Of a DNA stretch of 64,000 nucleotides, positions 1 to 11,304 are shown piece after piece (within the stretch, counting starts at the first letter, position 1; every line of letters begins with the position of its first letter). The notes under the pieces were generated by a model that worked only from the letters and a program-made list of their open reading frames with translations, did not search any database and had not been told where the DNA came from. The DNA comes from Tubiluchus corallicola (taxonomy: Eukaryota > Animalia > Priapulida): NCBI GenBank assembly GCA_030141605.1, contig JAQGDQ010000044.1, positions 62,001 through 126,000 on the forward strand, in the 5' to 3' direction. A program made the position numbers and the translations under genes.

Positions 1-3000
1 TGATCAGAATAAAGATCTATTCTCAATTAAACATTATAATCACTACTCAAAAACCCGCAAACAGAGAACAGGTGGAGGGGTTTCCCTGTATATAAAGGAC
101 GATTTAAACAGTAAACCTCGTAATGACTTAGACTGTTTCGATGAACAAACCTGTGAATCACTGATTGTTGAAATTACCCAAGAACTTACAAAAAATATTT
201 TAGTTGGAGTGTTATACAGACCTCCGGGTACCAGTATCACAGTATTTCTTGATGGTTTAGATAACCTTCTCTCTAAAATAATTGATGAAAACAAGCACAT
301 CTTTATCTGCGGCGATTTCAACTTAAACTTGCTTAACTGTGACTCGCACGAAGGAACTGAATCTTTTCTCAATTGCCTACTTAGTCATTCATTGTATCCC
401 TTAATCACTAAACCAACAAGAATTACTACTTACTCAGCAACTTTAATCGATAATATATTTACAAACTGTGTGTCAAATGACAATCTTAACTCGGGCATTC
501 TCTACAGTGATATATCTGACCATTTTCCCATTTATTCAGTAACTAGTTTAAAAGTGGCACTTCACTCAAAACCAATAGTTTCAAAATTTAGAATCTTTAA
601 TGATAGCACCATCGCAGACTTCAAGTCCAAACTAGTATCCCATGACTGGTCCCAAATTTTTTGCATACAAAATCCTGACTCGGCATTTCAATCCTTCTTT
701 AAAGATTACTACAATATTTACAATGATAGCTTTCCACTAGTCACAAAAATAGTAAAGCCACGGACGTTAAATAAACCTTGGCTAACAAGCGGCTTGATAC
801 ACTCAATTAAACACAAAAATAAATTATATAAGCTAAAATTAAAAAACCCTACTGATCTGAACATTGACCATTATAAAACTTATAGAAATAACCTAACCTC
901 AATACTTAGAAAAGCCGAAAAAGATTATTATGCCAATACAATTAAAAGTAATATGAATAACATGAGAAAAACGTGGAAAATTATAAATTTAGCTATTAAT
1001 AAAAAAGACACTTCTCATATAGAACAGTCACATTTCAAAAAATCACACCATAACCCAATGACATCAAAAGAAATATCGGATGGCTTTAATAACTATTTTG
1101 TAAATGTAGGATCAACTCTAGCAGAAAAAATTCCCACTACAAATACATCATATTTTTCATACTTACCAAATCCATGTAGGAATTCAATGCAGTTGCTTCC
1201 AATTGACAAAATGGAGGTATTAAATGTGGCAAATAATTTAAAAAATAAAAACAGTACAGGGTATGATGATATATCACAAATTATCCTTAAAAAATCCATC
1301 AACTGTATTGCTGAACCTCTACTTTATATGTTTAACAAGTCATTTTCAACAGGTATAGTCCCAGACTCTCTGAAAATAGCCAAGGTTAATCCAATTTTTA
1401 AAACTGGTGATAAGTCCCAGTTTCAAAATTATAGGCCCATTTCAATTCTTCCCTGTTTTTCCAAAATTCTTGAAAGACTAATGTATAATAGACTACTAAG
1501 TTTCATTAAAAAAAACAATATATTATATAACAAACAACTAGGCTTTAGACAAAACCACTCCACTTACATGGCTCTACTTGAACTTCTTGATTTAATATCA
1601 AATGCAATTGACAATAATGAATTTACAATAGGTATTTTTATTGATTTATCTAAGGCCTTTGATACTATTGACCATCAAATACTCTTAGATAAATTAAACA
1701 ACTATGGTGTCAGAGGTCTACCTTTACAGTGGTTTACAAGTTATTTACACAACAGAAAACAATCCGTACTAATTGAAAACACATTTTCTTCTTTGAAGCA
1801 AATCAATTATGGTGTCCCCCAAGGCTCAATCTTAGGTCCATTGCTTTTTCTTCTCTATATTAATGATCTCCACAATGTCTCCACTCTGCTAGACTTCATT
1901 TTATTTGCCGATGATACTAACATATTCTATAATCACTCAAACTATGAATCAATGATAAATACTGTAAACCAAGAACTTGTACATCTCTCCACCTGGTTTA
2001 AAGCTAATAAGTTATCACTGAATATTGAAAAAACCAAATTTATTGTATTCACAAATAAAAATAAAAGAATCCCTAGTAATTTTATAGTAAAAATCGATGA
2101 AGTTCCAATAAATCAAGTAAAATATACTAAGTTCTTAGGCATCATCATTGATGAACACTTAACTTGGCAAGAACATCTTAGATTTATCAAAAGCAAAATC
2201 TCAAAAATCATAGGCATTATATATAGAGTTAGACACAAATTGCCTAGCTCAGTACTTGTATTATTATATAATTCTCTTTTTTTACCATATCTAAATAATT
2301 CGAACATTATTTGGGGAAGCACATACTCCAGTCGATTGAAAAAAATTCATCTGATTCAGAAGAAAATAGTGCGAGCTATAACATTTGCCGGTTATCAGGA
2401 CCATACACCGCCAATATTTAAAAGACTAAACTTTCTAAACATTTACGACATTAATAAGTTCCAAACTGCCATTTTCATGTACAAATTCTCTCATAAATTA
2501 TTGCCTCCCTTATTTACTGATTATTTTTGTTTGAATGCTGAGATACATAATTACGGCACACGTTATAGGCTGCACTATCACTACATACAGTGTAACACTA
2601 ATGTTAGAAAATTTTCTATTAAATACAATGGCCCTTACATATGGAATTCAATTGCTCCAGCTATTAAAAATGTCAACTCGCTTTCCATATTTAAAAAAAT
2701 ATATAAATTAAACTTACTCGAAACATATAACTGATGACTCAATCATGATTTGTTGTTTTCTTTTTCAAAAACTGTATAGTAAAATAAAATTTTTAATACT
2801 TCCCACCCGTATTTATATTTATATTTGTATATATTGTAATGTTGTATCTATGTTGTATATGTAATGTTGTATATTGTAATGTTGTATATTGTAATGTTGT
2901 AATGTTGTATATATTGCAATTTTTTTCGTAATTCTAGTGGCCTACCATAAGCTAGCTTCCTAGGTCTCTAGCGCAGTATACATGAATTTTATCATATTTT

Positions 3001-3100
3001 TGTATTAACAAAACCTGATGCACATGTAATGTAATGTGATGTATATGTATATGTTTAATGCGAAATAAATCTATTAAAATCTAAAAATCTAAATAATAAT
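1..3100 (+). mobile_element. LINE (CR1/L2 group) including 3' UTR and short tandem-repeat tail
   Basis: ORF2 is followed by about 360 bp of UTR with a (GTAATGTTGTATATT)-like repeat, a stem-loop at 2934-2971, AATAAA at about 3064 and an (AAATCT)n/(TAA)n tail. Confidence 0.88.
2..2734 (+). CDS. Non-LTR retrotransposon ORF2 (APE endonuclease + reverse transcriptase), CR1/L2 (Crack-like) group; 5' end lies outside the window
   Basis: Frame is open from base 2 (DQNKDLFS...RTGGGVSLYIK). EN motifs LYRPP, ICGDFN, PTRIT...IDNIF, SDHFPI; RT motifs YRPISILP, QLGFR, FIDLSKAFD, GVPQGSILGPLLFLLYINDL, LFADD. No internal stops or frameshifts. Confidence 0.96.
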   Translation, partial: DQNKDLFSIKHYNHYSKTRKQRTGGGVSLYIKDDLNSKPRNDLDCFDEQTCESLIVEITQELTKNILVGVLYRPPGTSITVFLDGLDNLLSKIIDENKHIFICGDFNLNLLNCDSHEGTESFLNCLLSHSLYPLITKPTRITTYSATLIDNIFTNCVSNDNLNSGILYSDISDHFPIYSVTSLKVALHSKPIVSKFRIFNDSTIADFKSKLVSHDWSQIFCIQNPDSAFQSFFKDYYNIYNDSFPLVTKIVKPRTLNKPWLTSGLIHSIKHKNKLYKLKLKNPTDLNIDHYKTYRNNLTSILRKAEKDYYANTIKSNMNNMRKTWKIINLAINKKDTSHIEQSHFKKSHHNPMTSKEISDGFNNYFVNVGSTLAEKIPTTNTSYFSYLPNPCRNSMQLLPIDKMEVLNVANNLKNKNSTGYDDISQIILKKSINCIAEPLLYMFNKSFSTGIVPDSLKIAKVNPIFKTGDKSQFQNYRPISILPCFSKILERLMYNRLLSFIKKNNILYNKQLGFRQNHSTYMALLELLDLISNAIDNNEFTIGIFIDLSKAFDTIDHQILLDKLNNYGVRGLPLQWFTSYLHNRKQSVLIENTFSSLKQINYGVPQGSILGPLLFLLYINDLHNVSTLLDFILFADDTNIFYNHSNYESMINTVNQELVHLSTWFKANKLSLNIEKTKFIVFTNKNKRIPSNFIVKIDEVPINQVKYTKFLGIIIDEHLTWQEHLRFIKSKISKIIGIIYRVRHKLPSSVLVLLYNSLFLPYLNNSNIIWGSTYSSRLKKIHLIQKKIVRAITFAGYQDHTPPIFKRLNFLNIYDINKFQTAIFMYKFSHKLLPPLFTDYFCLNAEIHNYGTRYRLHYHYIQCNTNVRKFSIKYNGPYIWNSIAPAIKNVNSLSIFKKIYKLNLLETYN

Positions 3101-3157
3101 AGAATTTTTCTATTTACTAATTAAATTTTTGCAATGTGCTGGCAATAGACTAAAACA

Positions 3158-4084
3158 TCATGTTGTAATTTGCATGGAAGCAGCATTTGCTTCTCCAATA
3201 AGTATTTGCACAAAAGCTTTTCTAAACTGTGAATTGCTGATAGAGTATATTATAGGGTTCATGCAACTGTTTAGCATTCCTATACCAAACAGCAAATTGC
3301 TCATTTGCCATATGTTACAATGAAAAATCCAGTAGCTCATTTCAATAAAACCTGGCAGCCAACAGCATATAAACACTCCTGTGACTGTCCCCAACATAAT
3401 AGTAGCTCTCACTTCTCTGTGATTAGTTGAGAGTTGATTATCATAATCTTGTATCTGACGCAACTGTTTCCGTATCACCAGCCATATTCTATTGTACATT
3501 AAAGTGATTACGACTGAAGGGACTATAAAAAAGAACAGTACATCACAAATCGCTCTTACATAATTTTCTACAAGTATGTTATCTAAGTATGACAGTAAAA
3601 CCATCACCATATGCTCTGTAGCACTTGTCATCCATGTTGAGATCAAAGCTGTCTTAACTTTAGCTTCAGTTATGTATATCTCGTATTTTAATGGGTGAAT
3701 GATAGCAATGTACCGCTCAGCAGCTATTAACACTACGTGAAGGATGCTTGCTTTTACTAAAAAAATCGTTATTATACCAATGACATCTACGAATAGTTCT
3801 TCTCTGACAATCAGACTTGCAACAGCCACCAAAGATACGAGGCCAACTGAGAAATCCGTTACTGCAAGAGATACGATGAAATAGTTTGTTCGTGTTCTTA
3901 GGTGGTGACACTTATACACTGCTAAGAACACCAAGAAATTTCCAGGTGTGGCAATTAGAAACACGAAAATAAATATGATACCATCGAACACATCTTTCTG
4001 GCTGAGTCCCTGTTCTAAATCAATTGTGTGTGAATCATTAGTTGACTTATTTTGCACAACATGACAATCCATAACATAATCCAT
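3158..4084 (-). CDS. Intronless class A (rhodopsin-like) orphan GPCR, cluster 1 gene A
   Basis: 308 aa, 7 hydrophobic segments; GN (TM1), LAVTD (TM2), ERY, CWLP, NPIIY, helix-8 FRKAF; N-glycosylation sequons in the N-terminus. Confidence 0.95.
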   Translation of the reverse strand: MDYVMDCHVVQNKSTNDSHTIDLEQGLSQKDVFDGIIFIFVFLIATPGNFLVFLAVYKCHHLRTRTNYFIVSLAVTDFSVGLVSLVAVASLIVREELFVDVIGIITIFLVKASILHVVLIAAERYIAIIHPLKYEIYITEAKVKTALISTWMTSATEHMVMVLLSYLDNILVENYVRAICDVLFFFIVPSVVITLMYNRIWLVIRKQLRQIQDYDNQLSTNHREVRATIMLGTVTGVFICCWLPGFIEMSYWIFHCNIWQMSNLLFGIGMLNSCMNPIIYSISNSQFRKAFVQILIGEANAASMQITT

Positions 4085-5398
4085 CGCTTTTAAGCACTCT
4101 CTGTTCCTTTGTGATCCTTTTGTTAAATGTACTTGGTGTTTCTACTTTCTAAAGGACTTTTGGTTGGTTTTAAAATTTCTATGTTCTTGTACACAGAGCA
4201 ACAAAATGTGAAAAAAGAGTCTTAGCAAATGTAGTCGTGTTCGAAATACATTGAAAATTGCATAAGTGCCACAGCTGCTGTTAAACGCAAACATATAATA
4301 AATTTATGGAGGGGCTTTTTGCACATGCGGCATGCAAGCAAGTTTTGTTACCTATTGATTAACTATCAAGCCATGTTGTTCACCATGAATTTGTAAGTTC
4401 CTAAAATTTTCTTTTCAAGTTATGAAAACCTTTTGGAAATTATTGATGAAAGTTCATCCATTTTGCAAACTAATTGTTGCCGTGCCCGTATTCTGATTTC
4501 TGATCATATCATTTTCAGTGAAACTGTTGAAAATTAGAAGCTTTCCAGTTCTTTTAAAAAGTTAAATTTTAGCAGGTGTTACACTTTTATCATCAGCCCA
4601 GAGAGACGTGTAAGAAATTTGCATGTGGAATCAGAATATTAAAATTCGTGTGATTCTATCGAGAAAGTGTGTTGGTAATACGATGTAAAAGTCTTTAGAT
4701 AATTCAAAGATAATTAAGATAATTAATGGAGCTTTAAGGCACCGCCATGTCTGTTCACTTTCTATCACAACAAGGGCAGAAGATAATGCTCTTAGCCACA
4801 CTGAAGGTTTGGTGTTATATACGAGTGTTGTTATAAGAAAGTGTCACCTTTCAGCACAGGCCTTATAGACTAGCCACAATACTTTTACCTAGATAAAAAT
4901 GCTCTTGGCCACTATGCACATCACACACAGGGAATCAAGACATGCCAACATAATTTCTGTGAGTTCAGACAGCATGACTTCCAAACTACTGTGTCACTGA
5001 TGACATATAGCCAATATGAAACAAAAAATAGCAGTCTTGGCAGTCTGGTACTTCGGTTATAAGTAAAATGTGTTAAATGTCTCATATAAAGGTATCATTT
5101 AAAGCCGGTCTTGAAAATGTTCACTTTTCCTTGACAGTATCAATCTTGAATGTTCAAGGTTAAGCTAAATAGCAGGAAAAAAAACTACACGATATCGTTA
5201 AAGAGTCTGAGAGGTCTTTCACTGCGTCTCTATGTTATATCTTCTGCACCAAAACTCACAAGTAGTTGTTAAAGTACTTAATTCACTGTGATAAATGGCA
5301 GTCATAATGACTCATTGTAACGCAAAACACTCGCTTGTTATTCAACTTCACCGACTGTTGGTTTAAAAACAAAATTTCATGTAGATTCTATACTAGAG

Positions 5399-6171
5399 TC
5401 ATATGTTTTTCCATTAAGTAGTCATGCAAAAGCTTTCCTGAACTGTGACTTTCCAGCCTATATTATAGAGTCTGCTCTACTGTTCAGCATTCCTATGCTT
5501 AGCATCAAATTGCCCATCTGAATTAAGTCACAGTGACACAGCAGAGAACCCATCTCGATAAAACCAGGCATGAAGTAACATATAAACACTCCCACCATGA
5601 TAGTAGCTCTCATCTCTCTGCGATTACCTGTATGTTTATTGTCATAGTCTTGTGTCAGGTTCAACTGTTTATGTATCACTAACCATATTCTAAAATACAT
5701 TAAAAGTGTGACAGCAACAGGATAGTGTTATGCGCTGTATGGCACTCATGCTGAGAAGGAAACTTTTTAAACTCTGTTATATAAGTCTCATATTTTAGTG
5801 GATGAACAATAGCATCTACCGCTCTGCAGCTATTAAAATTATGTGAATAATATTTATTTTTCCTGCCAAAAGAATTACATTTTCGACTAAATTCATGAAT
5901 ATTTTTTGACAGCCAGGTTTTGATAGCTGATAAAGATCCAAGTCCAACTCTAGAATCTACAACAGCGAGAGATGAGATAGTTTGTTCTTATTCGTAACTG
6001 TTGAATTTGTAGAGAATTATCAGCACCAGAAATTTTCACCACACCCGGTGTGGCAGTCAGAAATAAAAAATAAATATGATGCCACTGGGCACAAAGTTAT
6101 CTTCTAGATCAATTTTGTATGTATCACTGGCTGACCTGTTTTGAGATATATGACATTGCATCAGAATTCAT
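5399..6171 (-). pseudogene. Decayed paralogue of the cluster 1 GPCRs
   Basis: DNA aligns with 7472-8359 from the ATG (6171) to the C-terminus, with frameshifts, a TM4-TM5 deletion, CWLP changed to CYFMP and a TAG stop within the NPxxY region (5458). Confidence 0.9.
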
Positions 6172-7471
6172 TATTTTTGCACATTCACACATTTTGCTTA
6201 TTAAACCATGTTCATTAGGTTGTTTTATCACTGAATCAGAACAGTGTCTATTCAAAAACACGATATTTTACTTAACTCAAGCGAGCATGCTATATAATGA
6301 TCTGCAAGAATGCATTTGCATACCCCTTTTGCATACATAATTAGGTTAAACTAAAATGCCGATTCTAACAGATAAACTAGATAAGAACATGCTTAATCAT
6401 CATACATACATGGAATTGAAAAGACATATCTGTGCTGTTGAAGTGGTAAAGACTACCGTTGCCATCGTGGACAGAAGAGTGCATCTTGCAAGTTAGATAT
6501 TTAATTGATATTTACAAGCTACCGCTGTAATTCCAATAATAACAATTTATTAATCTTACAGCTTATTACGAAACAGAATAGTGCAGGTCAACCATACAGT
6601 CCCTTGTTCATGACAGATCAGTTGCTACATTAAGTCTCTTTTATCATTTCTTCTATGGAAGGTGCCGTCAAGACCTCGTCTCGCTGGTTCTTAAGCACTT
6701 ACAGTCTGTTCAGCATACTCGCTCTTCTTTTGCTTTTCACAAATTTACTGTGGACATTCCTAGATGCACAATAGGTTCTTATAAAAATCCCTCCTTCCAG
6801 TTTTTCCCTCGAGTTTCTTATCAGTGGAAATTTTTATCAGAAGGTTGTTTCCCTGAAAATTACTTTCAATTGATTCAAAAGAATATCAACAGACACCTTT
6901 TATTGCTATCAAATTGGTTGAAAAAATATCTTCACCTTCTTATTGGAACCCACTACTGGGCGGCTTTTGACCTTGTTTGGCATAATTTACACAAAAAATT
7001 ACCATCTATGACAGCTTGTTTCTCTGTACAAGTGGATAATATGACAATGATAACATAGCAAAAACAGTAGTTTCATTAATAGTCCCTGTGGCTTTCTTTC
7101 ATATCAATATGCCAATTCTAAACAAACACTTTAGTGATTTGTACATTTTTATTTTTTCTAATCTTGTTTTATTTTTACTTTTCATCTGAAGGTAACCTAC
7201 AGAGGTAAATGTAAGTGTTGTGTTTTTCCTGCATTTCTTTATTATGGAATTTTCTATTCACGTAAGCATCGCAGTTGGAAAGTTTGACAATTTGTTCTTT
7301 CACTCAAACACAGATCTTCTGCATCCAAGTTTCTATCTTAAAGAGTAGCCTAATTTCTTCTATTTCACCATGATAACTAGCCGTGATTGCAGTGTAAAAT
7401 AATCAGTCATTGGGTCCATTTCATAAGCTATAGGTACCTGAGTAATACTTTGTAGTTTATACAGAATCACT

Positions 7472-8359
7472 TTATGTTTCTCCAAGTAGTATTCGTGCAA
7501 AAGCTTTTCTGAACTGTGAACTACTTAATGCATATATTACTGGGTTTACACAACTGTTTAGCATTCCTAAGCTGACCGTCAGACTGCTCATATGCGATAA
7601 ACCACACCGAATTGTCATATAGCTCATTTCAACAAAACCTGGCAGCCAGCAGCATATAAACACCCCTGTGACTGTTCCCAGCATGATTGTAGCTTTCATG
7701 TCCCTGCGATTGCTGGTAAGTTGATTATCGTAATCTCGTATCCGATGCAACTGTTTTCGAATCGCCAGCCATATTCTAATGTACATTAAAGTAATTACCA
7801 ATGTTGGAATAAGAAGAAAGCATACTAACTCGTAAAGTGCTTTTATGTAGTTTTGTATTAATACATTTTTTATGAAGAAAAGCAGCGCCTTACTCTCGTG
7901 CTGTATGGCACATGTAATCCATGCTAAAAACAAAACCTTTTTAACTCTCGTTTCAGTTACATATATCTCATATTTTAGCGAATGAATAATAGCAATATAC
8001 CGCTCTGTGGCTATTAAAGTTATGTGAATAATACTTATTTTTGCTCCCAAAGTTATTACATGTCCAGTTGCAACCACATATACTGTCTTTTTAACAATAA
8101 TGCCTATGGCAGCTAGCAGAGATCCAAGTCCAACTGCAAAATCTGTAACAGCAAGAGATGAGATAAGATAGTTCGTTCTTGTTCCTAACTGTTGAAATTT
8201 GTACACAGCTATTAGTACCAGAAAATTCCCTGGTGTGGCAGTGAGACAAACAAAAACATATATAATGCCGCTGAGCACAAGATTGACGTCTGAGTCAGTT
8301 TTGTATGTACCATTGGTTGACCTGTTTTGAGTCGTTTGACACAGTTCATCGAAATTCAT
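7472..8359 (-). CDS. Intronless class A orphan GPCR, cluster 1 gene B
   Basis: 295 aa; PGN, LAVTD, ERY, CWLP, NPVIY, FRKAF motifs. Confidence 0.95.
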   Translation of the reverse strand: MNFDELCQTTQNRSTNGTYKTDSDVNLVLSGIIYVFVCLTATPGNFLVLIAVYKFQQLGTRTNYLISSLAVTDFAVGLGSLLAAIGIIVKKTVYVVATGHVITLGAKISIIHITLIATERYIAIIHSLKYEIYVTETRVKKVLFLAWITCAIQHESKALLFFIKNVLIQNYIKALYELVCFLLIPTLVITLMYIRIWLAIRKQLHRIRDYDNQLTSNRRDMKATIMLGTVTGVFICCWLPGFVEMSYMTIRCGLSHMSSLTVSLGMLNSCVNPVIYALSSSQFRKAFARILLGET

Positions 8360-8488
8360 TTTTTACGCACTGCACCAGTTATTTTTCTGCTTATTACACA
8401 TGTTCATTGGCTTTGTTTATTACCAAATCATACGACTGTGTTTAAAGTAAAAACATTAGGCTGAAATTGTCACAGAACTCTATTAGAA

Positions 8489-8710
8489 TGCTATTTACAT
8501 GTATGCTGATCACATTATTCTGAGTTGTTTCAGTTCTGCTTATATGGCAGGGATTTTGTTCGCTGATGTAAAGTAATTTATTTGCTGTAACAACCTCACC
8601 ATTGTTATTTTGCTATTTACATGTATGCTCATCACATTATTCTGAGTTGTTTCAGTTCTGCTTATATGACAGTGATGTTGTCTACTGATGTGAAGTAATT
8701 TCTTTGCTGT
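8489..8710. repeat. Local direct duplication (about 100 bp x2)
   Basis: gctatttacatgtatgct.atcacattattctgagttgtttcagttctgcttatatg... occurs at about 8490 and about 8612. Confidence 0.85.
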
Positions 8711-8774
8711 TATTATACTAGCTACTAAATAGCTGCCTAAAGTGGGTAAGCTTCAGTTGCAGACAAGAATCTCT

Positions 8775-9039
8775 CTTTTTGGCAACAATGCTTGCTCCAG
8801 CTAGCCAAGATTCAAGTTTAACCATAAAGTCTGTAATGACAAGAGATGAGATGAAATTGTTTGTTCTTACCCACAACTTTTGAAATTTGTACACAGTTGT
8901 TAGTACCATAAAGTTTCCTGATGTGGCACTGAGAAGCACAAAAGCAAATATGATGCTGCTGAAACACACTTGTAGATTAATGTTGTTTAATTCATCGGGT
9001 GTCCTGTTTTGATTTATGCCACTCTTTATCTGAATTCAT
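8775..9039 (-). pseudogene. 5' fragment (N-terminus to TM2) of a cluster 1 GPCR
   Basis: ATG at 9039 (MNSDK...), then SATSGNFMVLTTVYKFQKLWVRTNNFISSLVITDF; similarity stops after TM2. Confidence 0.85.
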
Positions 9040-9664
9040 ATGAAGGAGTCGGCCATAGCTTACGTATTGTTTACATAATTGTGTGTCACATAACTGATCA
9101 TTTGCTTTTATGCCAAACGTTTGGTAAGCTATATCAGCCATTCCATTCTTTCCTTGCATTTTTCTTTTGACGATTTATATCATATGATACTCTCCATCAT
9201 GTGAATGTGTTTAGCGACTGCATTTACTTCTCTCACAAATTATTATTCTGAGTTGTCTGAAATCTAATACTGTAACCTGAAAAAACTGCTAGCTAAATTT
9301 TTTTGAATAGAGTCCACAAAACTTTGTTTGCTAAATGATATTTTATTGAGCACCATTCCATGTGCATTATGCAGGTAGTGAATAAATATTTCACAATATT
9401 TTAAATAATTTCTTGAACTATTTAGACTAATCTCAGTAATTATAAGTCTGCATTGTCACCTCGTAGCTTCACTTTAGGCATTTTAATCACATTTTTAAAT
9501 TGCATATTAATTCAGTGTTCCGTAAGCTGCTCTGTGAAGGTGTAGATCTTAGTAATTCAGTGTAATAAGACAAGACTCTTTAACAGCTGAGTAAACAAGG
9601 CTATCCAGTTTATGCTCTAATTATGCATTAGTTAATAATTATGTATGGTAATTAGGTTAAAGTT

Positions 9665-9990
9665 TTTACAATTCCCCACCCACAAGAAATTAGTTCCAGA
9701 AGTGGATTAGGATTAGGATTAGGATTAGGGTTATGTGACGATAGTAAAACAAAAACGAGAGCTTTTCCTTCTGCCATAACGCTAAATTTATTCTTTTTTC
9801 GAAAGCGCAATATACATTTTTTCTGTTCCATATCAACTCAACAACTAACTTCCTATTTTAATTAGGTTAACTCCTCGAACCAGTTCCTAAAGCTATACGT
9901 AAATTAATTCACAATGGCTTCTTTACGGCGGGTGAATCGTGAAGCCCAAACTTTACGAAAGGGTATTTAAGTTGTGAGGGGAATTGTAAA
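9665..9990. mobile_element. Possible MITE-like element with inverted ends and an internal (GGATTA)n tract
   Basis: tttacaattcccc (9665) and ggggaattgtaaa (about 9978-9990) are inverted; (GGATTA)4 at about 9704-9730. Confidence 0.45.
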
Positions 9991-10416
9991 CTCCTTCAGG
10001 TTCACATACTTATAACCTAATAACGTAAGTGTAAGCAAACATGTATGTTTGTAATTATGATACAAGTATCATACTACTGTTAACTAAATAGCTGCATCGA
10101 AACTTTCAATATTTTCCATAAACAAACTTGTTGGATTAGATGTTTAAAAAGTCTAGTAACTGTTAGGCCGTGCACACAGAGAAAGGCATTAAGAAACAAG
10201 CCATATAAGCCATAACGTTTTCCATAAGACGTATATCATAATTGTGGTGGGCAGAAGATGACAAATGGATTATCTGTGTGACAAGGTCCATTGTTTAGCA
10301 TATGTTCGTTTTTTATATCATGACTTTTTCTCCTTACGCCTTACGCTTTACGGATTGTGTACAGCTTTGTGTGACACGGGCCTTAGAATAACACCTGTAG
10401 TTTTTATAGAAGCAGG

Positions 10417-11304
10417 TCATGCTTCTCCAACAAGTATTCTTGCAAAAGCTTTTCTGAACTGTGAGCTGCTTACAGCGTATATTATAGGATTTGCACAACT
10501 GTTTAGCATTCCTAGGCTAAATGGTAAAGTGCTCATATATGACAAGTTACAGAGAAGCACCATATAGCCCATCTGAGTGAAACCAGGCAGCCAACAGCAT
10601 ATAAACACCCCTGTGGCTGTCCCCAGCATGATAGTAGCTCTCATCTCCCTGCAAATGCTAGTACGTTCATTATCAAGATTTCCTACCCGATGTAACTGTT
10701 TTCGAATTGCTATCCATATTTTCGTGTACATTAAAATGATTACCAATGCTGGGATAATAAAAAACAACATTATGTCGCAAAAAGCTTTCGTATAATTTCG
10801 TATTGATATGCTTTCTATATATGAGAACACTTCTATAGTTGCATGCTGTACGGCACATATAATCCATGCTAAAAACAAAACTTTTTTAACTCTCGCTTCT
10901 GTAACGTATGTCTCGTATTTAAATGGATGAATAATAGCGATGTACCTTTCTGCAGCTATTAACATTATGTGAAAAATACTTATTTTTGCCCCTAAAATCA
11001 TGGCATGTTCGATTAAATTGTCGAATAATCTTTCTTTAATGATCATGCTTGCAATAGCTAGTAAGGATCCTAGTCCAACAGCGAAATCTGTAACGGCAAG
11101 AGATGAGATGAGATAGTTGGTCCTTGTTCGCAACTGTTGAAATTTGTACACAGCTGTCAGCACCAGAAAATTCCCCGGAGTGGCTGTGAGAAACACGAAA
11201 ACAAACACAATGCCGCTGAGTACCAAATCATCTTCGAAATCAATTTTGTATGTAGAATTGGTAGTACTATTTCGACTTATGCCGCACTTTTCATCACAAT
11301 TCAT
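10417..11304 (-). CDS. Intronless class A orphan GPCR, cluster 1 gene C
   Basis: 295 aa, colinear with gene B; PGN, LAVTD, ERY, CWLP, NPIIY, FRKAF. Confidence 0.95.
   Translation of the reverse strand: MNCDEKCGISRNSTTNSTYKIDFEDDLVLSGIVFVFVFLTATPGNFLVLTAVYKFQQLRTRTNYLISSLAVTDFAVGLGSLLAIASMIIKERLFDNLIEHAMILGAKISIFHIMLIAAERYIAIIHPFKYETYVTEARVKKVLFLAWIICAVQHATIEVFSYIESISIRNYTKAFCDIMLFFIIPALVIILMYTKIWIAIRKQLHRVGNLDNERTSICREMRATIMLGTATGVFICCWLPGFTQMGYMVLLCNLSYMSTLPFSLGMLNSCANPIIYAVSSSQFRKAFARILVGEA

Noticed and set aside
43-2322. Antisense ORFs within the LINE (and similar ones overlapping the GPCRs)
   Set aside because: Shadow frames of real coding sequence.
4990-5040. CTGATGA-catat...atat-GAAAC hammerhead-like string
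   Set aside because: No stem III and no convincing stem I or cleavage triplet; likely chance in AT-rich DNA.
9704-9732. Interstitial telomere
   Set aside because: Only about four GGATTA units inside a small inverted-repeat element; not a TTAGGG array.
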